In this document: piece after piece, positions 12,980 through 25,809 of the stretch | How the letters are laid out: each line of letters begins with the position of its first letter | How positions within the stretch are numbered: position 1 is the stretch's first letter | Assembly (NCBI RefSeq): GCF_009834535.1 | Contig: NC_045707.1 | Location: forward strand, 62,560,001-62,624,000 | Source: Camelus ferus | Lineage: Eukaryota | Length of the DNA: 64,000 nucleotides | Direction of reading: 5' to 3' | Made by a program: the position numbers and the translations under genes | The notes under the pieces: generated by a model | Databases searched by the model: none | The model's input: only the letters and a program-made list of their open reading frames with translations | Told to the model about the DNA's origin: nothing

Positions 12980-13538
12980 CTATATTAATTTTTTCACTGT
13001 TGCTGTTCCAAATTACCACAAATTTAGCAGCTGAAAACAGCACAAATGTATTATTTCAAAGTTCTGTAGGTCAGAAGTATAGTCAAGGTTTTGCCCAGTC
13101 TGGGATCTTATCTGGAGGCTCTGGGAGAAAAATCTGTTTCCAGGTCCACTTAGGCTGTTGACAGAATTTATTTACATGAAGCAATAGGACTGAGGTCCTT
13201 TGTTTCTTTACAGACTGTCAGTCTGGAAATTCTCTCAGATCCTTACTGCCTCCTGCATCCCTTGTCATTTTGCTCCCTTCATCTTCAAAGAGAACATTGG
13301 CAGGTTGAATCCCTCTCTGACTTTTATTTCTGCCCTGAGTCTGTCAATTTAAATTGGAGAAAGTTCTCTGCTTTCACAGGTTCATATGATAAGGTTTGGC
13401 CCACCAAGGTAATCCAGGGTAATCTCCCTAGTCAAGGTCCATAAATTAGTTACATCTATTTTCCTGTAATATTGCATATTCGCAGGATCTATGGATTAGG
13501 GCATGGCTATTTTTAGTAGGTCATTCTGCCTATTACTG
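12980..13538 (-). mobile_element. MaLR LTR (MLT1D/E-like)
   Basis: CAAATTACCACAAATTTAGCAGCTGAAAACAGCACAAATGTATT...TTCTGTAGGTCAGAAGT...GGAGGCTCTGGGAGAAAA...AATCCAGGGTAATCTCCC...CATTCTGCCTATTAC. Confidence 0.8.
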
Positions 13539-14690
13539 TCCACCTGCTGACTTCCAAAAGTTCATGCCCCTTCCAAATGTAAAAGGCATTCGTCTAATTC
13601 TGAATCCCTAAAGGTCTCCTCCCATTACAGCATCAACTCAAGTCCCAATCATGTCTAAATCTCATCAGCTCAGAAATTCCAAATATCATTTTAAAAAAAT
13701 CTAATAAAATCATCTACATTATGAGGCTGAAGTTCTCAGCATGATCTGTTAAACCTAACTGCTGAGGCACAATTCTTCTCCATCTGTGAACCCATGAAAC
13801 TGAAGACATACGTTATCTGCTCCCAACATGCAGTAGGAAGACAGGCACAGACAACAGCCACAGATATCCTCACTTAAGAAGTGGGAAAACGGAGAATCAA
13901 ATGGAGGCAGCTGTCCCAAGCATTTTTAAACTGAAGGCAAGCAAACGACATGAGGTCTCAATGTTTGGAAACAATTGTCCTCGGTCTTGACTCAGGCCTC
14001 TGGGTGCTTGGCTCCACCTCTGGAGTCATTATTCCTTCTTTATGAAACGTAACACATATTTTATGTTGAGTACTTTTGTCAGCCTGTTTCCTGTTGTAGG
14101 ATTTTGGAAGCTGCTGGAGGATTTGCTCCAATAGACTGAAGCCATGCCTACAATCTCTTTGAGATAATCTTACGTCTGTTTTTGTTTCTGTTAAGATGAC
14201 TGAAAAACAGTGACCTTAAACTTCTCTTGAGATCCTGGTTTGATTGATGGAATCTGTGGTTCATTGCCTTGATCTCTTCAAAGAGCCTTTTGTGTGACTG
14301 TACTCTTGAACCTATTGTCATCTGGATAAGCTGAGAATTTTCCAAATCTTCATGTTCAATTTCTTTTAGTGGAACGGTTCTTCCCTTAATTTACGTGATT
14401 CCCCTTGCATTTTACTACAAGCAGCAAGGAGAAACCAGAACTGAACTCGGTAATCTCCCCCGCTAAATATCCAAGTTCACATTATTCACAAATTCTGATT
14501 CCCACATAATCTCGGGACACCATTACACTTAGCTCTACGACACTGTGTAATAAGGGTCTCCTTTCTCAAGTTTCCAATGACATACTCTTCAGTCATTTCT
14601 GTGTGCTCACCAGAAGTGTCTTTGAAGTCCAGATTTCTATGAGCAACTGGTTAACAGAGGTTTAGGCTTTCTCATGATTCTCATTGCTTC
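13539..14690 (-). mobile_element. MaLR internal sequence (MLT1-int-like) contiguous with the LTR
   Basis: CCAAAAGTTCATGCCCC...CCCATTACAGCATCAACTCAAGTCC...CTGTGAACCCATGAAAC...TTATCTGCTCCCAACATGCAGTAGG...GCTGAGAATTTTCCAAATCTTCA resemble MLT1 internal. Confidence 0.7.
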
Positions 14691-16380
14691 CTTCTGAATC
14701 AATTGGCGTGGTGTGGTGAATTCTGGGGACTTCCTGACTTCATCTCAATTGCAGCAAATAACCCCAGTAAGATGAAAAATTTCTGCAGGACTGAGGATTG
14801 CCTTGTACATGAACACTGTCTGCCAGACTTCTGTATGATTTGCTAAGGAAGAACTTACTAAGAATTTATTTTCCATGTATGTTTTTGGACATAAATCTAC
14901 CTGGCATCCTAAACTGTGGGGATGATAGGAAATAGCCACACAACAAATGTTGAAACAGAACTAAAACTGCCAATCTGCTCCTCAAGTATGTGAGAAAAAC
15001 CATCTGGTGGTGTCTTCAAAGAGCGATTTCTCAAGAGTAATTTAGGTGAGAACCACTAAGCAAAGTGGAAAGGATCTGTCACCTATTCTGTGAACAAGAT
15101 GACATGTTGTTCATCAGATAACAGGCATGTGCTTCTTCCAATGCAGAACTGGGCACATCAGGAAATGTAAAATTGGTATTGGGCATGGGAGAGAGAATGC
15201 AGATGGGTTTTATTTTTTAAGTCAAAATGAATAGCTAATGAGTTGAGAAATGAAGATGGAATTTAAAAATTGTCAATTAAACAGCTGTTGCATCAGACAC
15301 CTCTCTATCATAGAAAACTTCACCATTTCAATAAAACTCTCGGTAAAACTGTTACAGATGTATAGTCTGTGAAAAAATAAGCCACTGTATTTGTCATGTT
15401 AATGAACCATTTTAAAGGAAATGCTTTTTGTTTTTTTTAAGTAACATCATGAAAAACTCCAGAATATGTAGACCATTTAATAGAAAAATCTCACGACTAA
15501 AATACTTGAAATTTGACATACACATTTATTCACTTAGACATCCAACAAGTTTATGATTATGTTACTTCTAAGAAATGCTTATGGGTTCCCACTTGCCTGT
15601 ATTATAAACTTGAAGGTTCTAGTCTTTACTGTATGCCCCAGTATTGTGTTCACCTGTACCTTTTGACATACCCTGACAACCAGCTGCGTGGAGGCTCTCA
15701 AGACTGCACAAACAAGCCATTGCTCTGCTTTGAGTGAACTCTGTTCTTTGTTAAGCCCATGATTTTATGGCATAAGCTCCCACTAGCCTATTTCCTAGAA
15801 ATAAGCCCCACTCAGTGTCTTATTCTGTTTTTGTTTTTTTTCCATTAGTTCCTAAGGGTGAAACAAATGACTGAGTCAAGCATTTATCTCATATAGGTGG
15901 TGGGTGCTTTAGATATATAACTTGTGTGTATTTCAAAACTAGTATTCTGGAGACCAAGGGGGAGTAAAGTTTAACCAGCACAAGAGAGATTAGTGTGTTT
16001 GTCATTTAACTTAAGAGGATAGCTGGTTGATGACTGTGACTGGGTTTGTATGCCGGAATCAACCACAGTCCCATATGTCTAAGTTATCACTTGGGAATCT
16101 CCAGGAATCACGATTTCCTTCCCTTCATGTCAGCTTCATACACTGAAAGAGGCAGAGGGAGTATTTTCCTAAGTATACAAGAGATTTTTGAAACCACCTG
16201 GCAGCTTAATAGAGAGAATAGAATATTTTTTAAAATATAGATCAGAGACTCTTTTGTATTTCTGTGTCATAACTGAATTTCTTTCTTTTTTTCCCTACTG
16301 TCTTTACATGATCAAGTCAAACAAAATCCAACAAGAAATTTTAAGATAGCTAAAAGGTAGTTTCAGAATTAAGTTGTCAC

Positions 16381-16381
<1 letters not shown>

Positions 16382-16415
<34 letters not shown>
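16382..16415 (+). repeat. Poly(A) homopolymer, 34 nt
   Basis: Uninterrupted A run. Confidence 0.95.
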
Positions 16416-16418
<3 letters not shown>

Positions 16419-17634
16419 AGACAAGTGTGAGGGAGAAAGTAAAATATAGCAGTGAAAATTTCACTTTAGCAATGTCTACCAGTAGGTAAACATACCTATC
16501 CTTTTCATTTCATTCCTACCTTTTCTTTTCATTTCTAAGTGATCACAGCCACAATCAAACATAAATGAACCATTCACCATCTGTCCTTTTACTAATTTCT
16601 TACTCTCTTTTATCTCAGACTTATTTTGATTATAACTTACTGGCATTTAACATACTGCTTAGCCAACACTTTTTGTTTTTATAATATTGGTCAATCTGGG
16701 AATATCTTTTAGACCAATTACATCCTTTCATTTTCTTATTTTATTTTCTCTGACTCAGAGCTGTAACAGACAGGCAATCCATCATTTCTCTTTTCACAGT
16801 ACACATTTTTACATAGTTTATTCTGTTTTCTTACAACTTAATAAAACTGCTATTCCTAAACAAAAAGTAATTGTCTCAGGAGCCAAACAGTCTCTTCACC
16901 ACTGCAAATAGTCCCTCACCACCTCTAGTTAAATTTAATTGTGTATTTGCACGTATTCTTCAGATCTCCCCTGATATCTAGCCTTCTAATTGGCATCTTT
17001 TTTTTCTTCCTTTTTCAATAACATCAAACACAAAGGAGAGTTAAAATTAGTGTTTTCCTGGGGTGAGGTACAAATACATTGTCAAGCTCAAACCTCTGGC
17101 CTCCAGCCATATTGACATCATTCCCATCATTGTCTGTGAACCGCTAATCTGGGAGCTGTGGGGATTTGCAAGAGAGGCAGGAATCTCCACCGCTAACCCA
17201 GATGACCTAATTATATAAGGAAAAAGCAAGAAAAAAGTAACTTTACAAAGATACATACTTAGCTGCTATGATTTAGTAAACAGAGATGATGGGGGGGGTG
17301 CATAGAGAACTTTCCTACATAAAGATAGTAAAATAAGGTTGCATTTATCCTACATTAGATAGTAATTTGGTAGGAAAAAGAAAGATATTTCAGGTAAGTG
17401 GATGAAAAGAAGAAAAGATACAATCATGGAGACGCATATGTGGTAGAGAGAATATTTATTTTCAAGAAATATGGGAAAAGGAGATCAATGATAAAGTGTA
17501 CTCATAGAAATTTTTGCTTAGAGTTTGCTGACTGGCCCATAGTAGTCACTCAAAATGTACTTCCTAGTTTTGTTAGATAACGTGGAGGGAGGAATTCTCA
17601 GATCTCCTCCGTAGAGGAAATGAGCAAATGGATC

Positions 17635-18075
17635 TGTGATTCATTGCAAAAACGTGCTTTCTATCCCTACATCTGTGCTCCTGGTGATGTGTTTTTTTCA
17701 TCTCTTCTCATCAAGAAACAGAGTGAATTTCTCTACTCCTTCCATCTGGGCTTGACTTGTGATTTACTTTAACCAGTAGAATGTACAGAAACAACATCAT
17801 GCTGATGTGAACACTTTCATTCTCATTCTTGAAATTTTACTGAGCTACTATGTGGACAAGCTCCTCCTGGAAACTAAGAGTCACAGAATTAATTGCCCCT
17901 GTGCCCCAGTCAATAGCCAGCCAACTTCCAGCAGAAGAATGTTCTGGCTGGCTGACAGCTGACTAGATTTATAAATTAATCTGGTTGAGATTAGACACTG
18001 GCCACCTAAGTCCAGGCAAACTGCTAACCCACAGAAAAGTTAAGTTAAATAGAGTTTTAAGTCTCTTAATCAGAT
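17635..18075 (+). mobile_element. MaLR LTR (MLT1F/G/H-like)
   Basis: CATCAAGAAACAGAGT...TCTGGGCTTGACTTGTGATTTACTTTAACCAGTAGAATG...CAGCCAACT...AACCCACAGAA...GTTTTAAG. Confidence 0.65.
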
Positions 18076-18401
18076 GATAGTTTAATTCAAAATAAAATCA
18101 TGCTGCATCAGCTGACAAATCGTAAATGTAAAGTTTAAATGCCGTAGTTGAATAAATATTTGTATTTATCTATATATTTATTATAATACTCCTGTTTAAT
18201 ACAGTGAAATCAGAATATTGAAACAAATATAAATCCCTGCTCTTGAGGAGCTTAGATTCTAGAAGGAGCGATACACAGTAAACAAAGGAAGTAGTACTTT
18301 TGATACATCAGGTGTTGTTCAAATTATGGCCAAAAATAAATTAGGAAATGTCATTGGGAATCACTGCGGGGAGATGGGAAGGAGATGTGGTTTTAGTTAA
18401 G

Positions 18402-18845
18402 GTAGTATTTTGAGGTTGAGTAACTATACACATACACACACACATGGAGAGAGGGGTAAGATGGATTCCCACCCAAAATGTGGTTCAGATAGCAAGACTG
18501 TTGACACTCCACACCTCAAGAGAATTTGAGAGAAAGTTTATCCCTCACAGAGGGACTCCCGGAGGAGGGGAGAGTGGGAGGAAGAAGACTTGGGCTGACT
18601 TGATGAAGGCAGAGGAAGTAGGTTATGCCTTCAAATTGCCAGGGGATGAGACTGTGGAAAGTACCCCATGACCAAGCTGGAGATGTGTAAGGTTTAAATT
18701 TCCTGTAGGGACCGCAAAAGGAGGCGTATATGGGCTTTCTTGTTAGCCTGTCCACATGGGGGGCCTAAGAGGAGCAAAAGTGAAAGTTTTAGAAGAAATT
18801 ACTGGTCGAGCATGAAAAAAAATGACATCAGACTCTTTATTACTG
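18402..18845 (-). mobile_element. ERVL-type solo LTR, family uncertain
   Basis: GC-richer block interrupting L2; TGAGGTTGAGTAACT...TGGTTCAGAT...AAGTTTAT (reverse polyA-signal region). Confidence 0.45.
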
Positions 18846-18904
18846 ATGATCAGGAAAAGCCTTACTGAAAAATGTGACATTTGAGAATAGATTTAGAGGA
18901 TGTG

Positions 18905-19608
18905 AAATGCAGTATCATGAAGAGTTTCTGGTCTTTGTCCCAGGTTTCTGATATAGAACTTCTAAAACCTCTGAAATTTCCAGAGTGATAAGCCTGTCCC
19001 TGTTATGTTTATGAGGTGGCTTATGGCAGGGCACTGGATAGCTTCAGGATGGGACTGGTCACCCGGAAGACCAACTATGTGACTAATGAAGAGGAGGGAG
19101 GCTGGAGATAGAGTTCAATCACATGACTGATGATTTCCTCAGTTATGTCTACATAATGAAGCTCTGATAAACTCTCTGGACACTGAGGTTCAGCAGTGCT
19201 TCCAGGTTGGTGAAACACAGGGATGTACTAGAAAGGTGATGCAGTGCTGTGAGTCCATGGGGAGAGGGCATTAGTGCCGTGAGTCCATGGGGAGAGGGCA
19301 TTAGAAGCTAGGCATCTGAGATTCTCCAGGCCTCACCCTGTGTACAGTGCTTTTCTGAGTTCTGCGAGTCATTCTTGGGATCTTTTGAATCTTAGAGGGT
19401 TGGGGAAAGTTCTGAATTTATAACCAGTTGGTCAGAAGCGCACATGGCCTGGGAACACCTGAAGCATAGCTGGCATCTGAAATAAGGACGGTCTTATGGA
19501 GAACTGGACCCTTAACTTGTGGGTTCTGATGTTAACTCCAGGCCGATGGCATTGGAATTGTGTTGCAACACACCCAGTTGGTGTTACATCAGTTGGATTT
19601 TTACCACA
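18905..19608 (+). mobile_element. MER21-like ERVL LTR
   Basis: GGTCTTTGTCCCAGGTTTCTG...CTAAAACCTCTGAAATTTCC...GGATGGGACTGGTCACC...GGAGGCTGGAGATAGAGTTCAATCAC...TGGCATCTGAA...CACCCAGTTGGTG. Confidence 0.75.
19243..19304. repeat. 30-bp tandem duplication inside the MER21-like LTR
   Basis: AGTGCTGTGAGTCCATGGGGAGAGGGCATT and AGTGCCGTGAGTCCATGGGGAGAGGGCATT, one mismatch. Confidence 0.95.
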
Positions 19609-22317
19609 TTGTGAGGGGATAATGTTGTGTAGGAGGAAGGGGACGGAGCATCCCAAGTAAAGGGAACAAGAGAAGCAGAAAGCTTGAGGTTGGATTGGGC
19701 CTGACGCGCTCCAGCGACAGCACCTACGCCATCGTGGCTAAGAGGTGCAGGTGGCTAGGTGAGTGGCCCGGACTTCAAAGAAGGGGACCCAACATGTGGG
19801 ACCTTGTGGGCCACGCTAAGGGCTTTGTCTTTTACTTTGAGTGACACCATCGAGTTTCAACTAGAGAAGAAACATAGCTTGACTTTTAAAAAAATTAAGA
19901 AATGACTGCTTTTGTTTCTTTGTTTTGGTAGCTGGAAAGGCAGAAACAGAGAGATCTGACAGGAGTGCTACTGCAGTAATGAGGGATGATCATGACTGAG
20001 TCAGGATTTAACTGATGTGATGGAAAGAATTAAAACTCCAGACAAATTTTAAAGATAGAAAGGGGGAAAAAAAGATTTTCTGATGAACTGAATATAGAGT
20101 GTAAGGAAAGGGTGGAGTTAAGATTGAATAATCTTGTTTTTGCATCTTCTAATTAAGGCCCAGTTGAAGCCTAGTGGTGGCTTCATCCTCCAGAAACGGC
20201 CTCGGAGTTCCAGAGTACCACCTCATGTCCCCTGTATCACCAGCCTGCACTAGGCTGCCGTCTGCGTGTCAGTTCTCTGACTTAGCCTCATAAAATTAAT
20301 CTGTCTTATTTAGTCACATGATCAATGTTCAGCAATACAATTAAATGATAGTCTCCTGATCTAAAAATATGTTTATATACAAGGGGTTGTTTAAACACTC
20401 AGAGCTATTTTTTTCCAGGGGCTATATTATCAAATTAATTTTGCTTCAAAATTATTAATTAGAAAAATAGTATCATTTTACTACTGTAATTAGCTTTCTA
20501 TTTCAATAAAAGTGTCACTGTAAAAACAAATGCATAGTTAAAAAACTATTTCCCCATAGACAAGATTTCTTAAAATTATTTGGTGACATTAAATTACCCT
20601 GCATATATTTTGGGGAAATTATCTTTCCTGGAATTGCATATTCATATTCTACAATACCTCAAAACATGTGCAAAATATTTAGCTAAATTTTAAAGGAAAA
20701 ATATGTAGAATTTCTAGAGCATAGAGTATTAGTTTAATGTTTTGTTCAGTTTTTTTTTTAATCATAACAAGCTAATTAACCCTCTAAGTTTTTAAAAATT
20801 CACTTCTGTCATAAAATACAGACATTTATTTTGTAAATTACTCTGGATATTTTCTAATCCACATGTAATACATAAACAATTTTTTTGATAAGTTTTTAAT
20901 TGATGCTTAATTTGGTTTTACCAAAGTGCTCTAATCAATATTACATCTCATATTTGTCTTCTGATTGTGATTCCGAATAATCAGCTGTGTTGATAAATAC
21001 TGCTACAATCACAAATTTTCTCCTACTGCCCTGGTGACCCCCTCACAATACACACCCACCCACCCACCCCCACAGACACAAAGCATACATGCATATGTAA
21101 TTAATAAACAGAAGAGGGATTCATTGTCAGCCAGTTTAGTGCGCACTGGGATATCTCAGTTAAATGTGTTAATCCGTCATGTCTACTGTAAGAGTTAAAA
21201 GAGCAAGAGTCAGTGTAATGTGTTCTAGACCCCATTATTTCCTGACAGTGGGACCCATGTCTGTTCTTCTTCAGGAACCTGGCAGTGATTATGAAGAGCA
21301 TTATCAAGTGGGGATTAAAGAATAACAATAGTTGCAGTAGAAACTAACGTGATTTACAACATGACAAGTTTTCACATAAAATCCTCATTTTTTACTTTTA
21401 ATCTGCCCTAATGTTGTGTTAATATTGCTCTTTCTTAACATAATTTTGACCTTTTTCTTCACCTTTGCATATAAAAATAACTGCCTCCGTCTTCTTAGGA
21501 GGATCATAACATACAGCTCTAAGCCTTTTTAGTGTCTTTCTTCTTGTAACATTTCTTAAATTGAATAATGGCTTTGAACTTTTCTGGAAGAAAGCCTTAA
21601 GGTGAAATAAAAGAGAAAAAAACATTTTAATGCCAACCTTATTTACTATTTGTGAGAAGTACATAATGTGAAATAAAACAAACAACTAGGCAGTTTTTGC
21701 AGTAATGACGATTCCAAAGGAAATACGTGAAACTAGAGCTCAGAACATGGGTCCATGCAGTCCACTTTCTCCTTGGATATAATGTTCCTATTGCACAGGA
21801 ATGTTAGAAGAAAATTAATCCCGTTAGGAAATATATGAGAATCCTCTGAAAATGCTACATAAATGTATTGTTTAATTTTTCAAATCAATATTAAAAAATT
21901 TCTTTTAATAGTAAAATGATCTTTGATGATTCAGAAGTATGTGTTATACTGTATTTAGACAAAGCACTGCATAGGGTGCTTCGGCAAATCCACCGTTAAC
22001 AAAATGCCACTCTTCCCCACAAGTTATTCACAAGCAAGTGAAAAGACATCATACACAGAGTTAATGTTAAAAAGAGTAGGATTAATTAAATGATGTGTTA
22101 ATTGCAAAGTTCTAAAGAGAGAAAGAATAGCAGTGATTAATTCAGAACGTAGCACCAGTCAAGGTTTCATGGGAAAGGTAATTTGCAGGGTGTGGCGCTA
22201 TACACTCCTTTATTACAATGCCAAAAGTTTTAAGAGGCAAACGTGGGAAGTATTTTTTTAGGCAGTAATTGACCACTGAGGTGAAGGTGTTAAATAATAA
22301 CACAGTATGCCAAGAAC

Positions 22318-22815
22318 TGTGAAGGACTTAGATCTTAAACCACTTCCAAGGTAACAGGTGACCTTACTACCATTTCAAGGATGCTGGCAGAAGACACAAG
22401 ACTCCTGGCTCAGATGCAGAATGCTTTATTGCTCGTTGCACAGCAGGAAGCATGTGCTGAATGTTCCTATTGGTTCCCCTTTTCCCCCTGTGTCTCATGG
22501 AAATAATGTGGAGTAGTCTAGGAGGATGCTCACACTTGTAGGAGATTTGCCTCCTAGCTAAGGAACTGAGCTTAGGGAAACTCCTAAATTATAAGGGGGC
22601 AGCGAGCAAACCTACCCAAATTCTGCCACAGGAAAGCATTCTGCTTCTTACCCTGCATACGAAACAAATCTGCCCTTGCCCCAGAGGAAGACAAGTGTCT
22701 GTCATCCGAGGCTGTTTGCTACACAAACTTCCTTGAAAATGTAGTCTAGAACCAAAGACAAAAGCTGTCAGCAAATGTGCAGAAACGTGAGGGGCTAATG
22801 AAGAACTGTCATACA
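22318..22815 (-). mobile_element. ERVL-type solo LTR, family uncertain
   Basis: TG...CA-bounded block of about 500 bp; GGATGCTGGCAGAAGACACAAGACTCCTGG, CTTTATT (reverse polyA signal), TTATAA, GGCTGTTTGCTACACAAAC. Confidence 0.65.
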
Positions 22816-23579
22816 ATACAGACACACAAACATACTTTTCAGCAATAAGTTTAGAGGAAGGAAAAAATTTCCAGACATTGCTTACTTTCCCATTTTCTCT
22901 TAGAAAGCTATTTTTAACCCAAAGATAGAAGGATGGAAGTTGATAAGCACTCTGCATGAGGTCTCCGTTACATTTTAATGCCAACTGTTTTTTTTTTTTT
23001 AGCTCATTCCTTATTATATCCAATCTTTACCTAGATTTAGTCAGCCAATTTAATAAAAAGCAAGTTTGATCTAGTGTCTATATATCTGTGTGTGTGTGTG
23101 CATGTGTGCATGTGTGTGTGAGTAAGGGGGCATTCAAATTTAGAAAGAAGAGGGGGCAATAATGAAGGGAGCCCTGGCACTAGGAAAATTAGAATTCACT
23201 TGCCTTTCTTTACAGAAAACAGAACCTGACTTTCTGTAAGCAGCCTTTCCATTTTGAGAAGAGAGAGATTAGATGTCTAGAAACTCAGCTTTGTTCTGGT
23301 TGTTCTCCACTACAGAATCTTCTGCACATATTTTCAGGATCTATCTAAGAGATCAAAGAGAGGGCCTTAGGAAAATTATATCCAAATCACTCAGATCTCA
23401 CAAAATTAAGAACTCTGAATGCCCAAAGCTGCTTCAGAAAATTTTAAAGAAACTGATGGCAAATAAAGACAATTCTCCTACAGTGGCAAAAAAGCAAAAA
23501 ACCAACAAAAAAATAAACTTTAATCTCTTGCAAAAAAAAAAAAAAAAAAGAAGAAGTTAGACATTCCACCGCTGATATG

Positions 23580-23850
23580 GTAGATCTAATAATATTAGAG
23601 GCCCAGGCTCTTTCTGTCCTTCTACTCCGTTTTTCTTTGTATGTGTGCCTTTATCTCCACGCTTATCATCTCATGGCTGCAAGACTCTTGCTGCAATGAC
23701 ATTTGTTGTATATTCATTTTAAAAGGGGAGAGAATTGTGGGATATGTGTATCAGAAGATACGGAATTTTCTCAGATACCTTTAGCTGTCTCATTTGCCAG
23801 AACATTGAAATAATGTCCCTACTCTCTGCAAAGGGATCTTAGCTGACACG
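23580..23850 (-). mobile_element. Old MaLR LTR fragment (MLT1J/K-like)
   Basis: CCCAGGCTCTTTCTGTCCTTCT...CTCATGGCTGCAAGA...TCTCATTTGCCAGAAC. Confidence 0.5.
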
Positions 23851-24329
23851 GTTCTGCCAAATAAAACTGAGGATTTCTTGGTAAGGAAGTAGGAAAAATA
23901 TATATTATGTTGTCAACCAGCAATGTTGGCCACAAGCATTTCCTGGACCCAGAATAGGGATTTCTTTTAAAGATAGGAAAAAAACAAATGGCCACAACTT
24001 GAGAATGGAGGTCATCTGAATGATTTTGAGGCCAAAGATCAAGTGAAAATTCTTTCTCTTGCTTTAGGCTGGAAGGAACCAAGTGGATTTTCTCACATTC
24101 TTGTTCAGTAGTATTTGCACCCACATTCTCCATCTTCCTGCCCCATACCTTGAAGAACACTTACGTTTTTCTTAAGCAGATCTCTCTACCTTTTCACCAT
24201 ATCCTGTCTCCTCTCACTTTTCAAATATTTTTCTCTGTCAATCATTCCCTCTCACCATAAACACTCTCCTGCAGCATTTCTAACAGCAAAGAACAAACAA
24301 ACAAGCGAACAAACAAATGCCTTTGTTTG

Positions 24330-24710
24330 AATCCAGTTTCCTGCCAGGTACAGCCCTAATTGCTTTGTGTCTCAAAACAGTTGTCTATCCTCACTGCTTC
24401 CAATTTCATGTTCCTGTTTTCTCTTAAACTCACTTCCACCAAATTGTCCTGCTTTAATTCCAACAGAACTGCTCTTGTCAGTAATGCATCCAGTGATTTC
24501 CATTTTGCTAAATTTAGTGAACAATCCCTAGTTTTTTATTGGTTTATCATCATTATTTGACGCAATTGATCATTCTTTCATTTTTTGATATATGTTCTTT
24601 GCTTGGCCTTTAGAACACAACATTCAGGTTTTCCCTCTCACTTCACTGGCCATTCCACCTCATCTCTGCTGCTTTTCACTCTTCTCCCTGGACCTTATAA
24701 TGGTGGAATT
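24330..24710 (+). mobile_element. L2 ORF2 reverse-transcriptase-region remnant
   Basis: CAACAGAACTGCTCTTGTCA...TGATTTCCATTTTGCTAAAT...TTTGACGCAATTGATCA...TCACTGGCCATTCC resembles L2 (TETAL...AFD.VDH region), non-coding now. Confidence 0.65.
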
Positions 24711-25809
24711 GTAATGTCAGTTCATAGAAGGAAAACCCATGATTAAATGAGCATCACACTACTAGGTATTCAGGCATGTCTAATGGAATGTTCTAGAAGG
24801 TAGTCTAGGCTTTGAAAAGATCCTTTACACTACCCATGACAACAAATTAGCATATGTTTTTCTGTTTTTATTTTTATCCAGATATCTGACCTACTTTTTC
24901 AATTATTTTCCAGGCCTGACCTTTTCCCACTTTTCCCCCTAATCTAATATTAAATAGGAACCCAGCTTAGCATAATTCTGGCAGGGCTGCTGTGGGTCTG
25001 ACCTGGAGTTGCTTTGGTGTCTCATGCACGGACTATGGAGTAGATGCTGGTGGCAAATAGAATCCTTTGTTTGTAAATCAACACCAATGTACAGATTTAA
25101 TATTATCCCCTACTGTGTGGCCATTAATTTTGAAGGGCTGAATTCAAGTCTCTGATACTTACCTCAGTTTCCAGCTTGTTCTAGAACTGAGCCACACACC
25201 TTAGCTTGGAGAGCTGGGTAATCTTTATACAAATATTTGATTTCTGTCAGCTTCTTTTACTGTAAGAAGGCTCCATTTATAATACTCCTTATATTAATCA
25301 TAATGTGTCACCAAGAAATACCTGCAGGAAGTCCTCAAAATAAAACATAGGTGTTAATTCTAGGAAGATATCTAGGAAGATGTTATTAGAATTGTGTACG
25401 TTCCCTTGAATAGTTATGCAACTATTCCATCGGGCCCACACTTCTCTTTCTTTTAGATTTCCCTTGTCTCATTTGGTTGTAATTAGTTTCCTCCTGCCCA
25501 TCTGGAGTTCACTCATGATCAGAGCCAAATAGGATTTGTCTTTGTTCTTCACCATAAGATCTAGTACATACATAATGGATAAATATTAAATCACTCTTGC
25601 TTCTAAAATCCTGAAGCAGATTTATATATATACATATTTATATATATATATGTGTACGTATGTATTTTTTTAATCCTCTCAAAAAGAAATATAGAACAGT
25701 CAAAACTATAAATATCAGTTATCCAGAAATCCCAGGAGTTATGCCAAGACTCATTTTTCCTACTTTAGCTAGATTCATTATTAGTATATTAAAAATTTTA
25801 GAGACAAAA

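Larger units (their letters stand above)
18145..20125 (-). mobile_element. L2 LINE split into three pieces (about 18145-18400, 18846-18905, 19610-20125) by two LTR insertions
   Basis: AATCCCTGCTCTTGAGGAGCTTAGATTCTAG; GGAAAAGCCTTACTGAAAAATGTGACATTTGAG; AAGGGAACAAG...GGCCACGCTAAGGGCTTTGTCTTTTACTTTGAGTGA appear in L2 order. Confidence 0.65.

Noticed and set aside
19243..19304. Direct repeats as a CRISPR-like array
   Set aside because: Only two abutting units with no spacer, inside a mammalian LTR
22312..22809. AAGAACTGT at both ends of the LTR as a 9-bp TSD
   Set aside because: Overlaps the LTR termini and is longer than ERV TSDs; probably coincidental
22589..23023. 144-aa minus-strand ORF
   Set aside because: Runs from unique DNA into an LTR; no recognisable protein features
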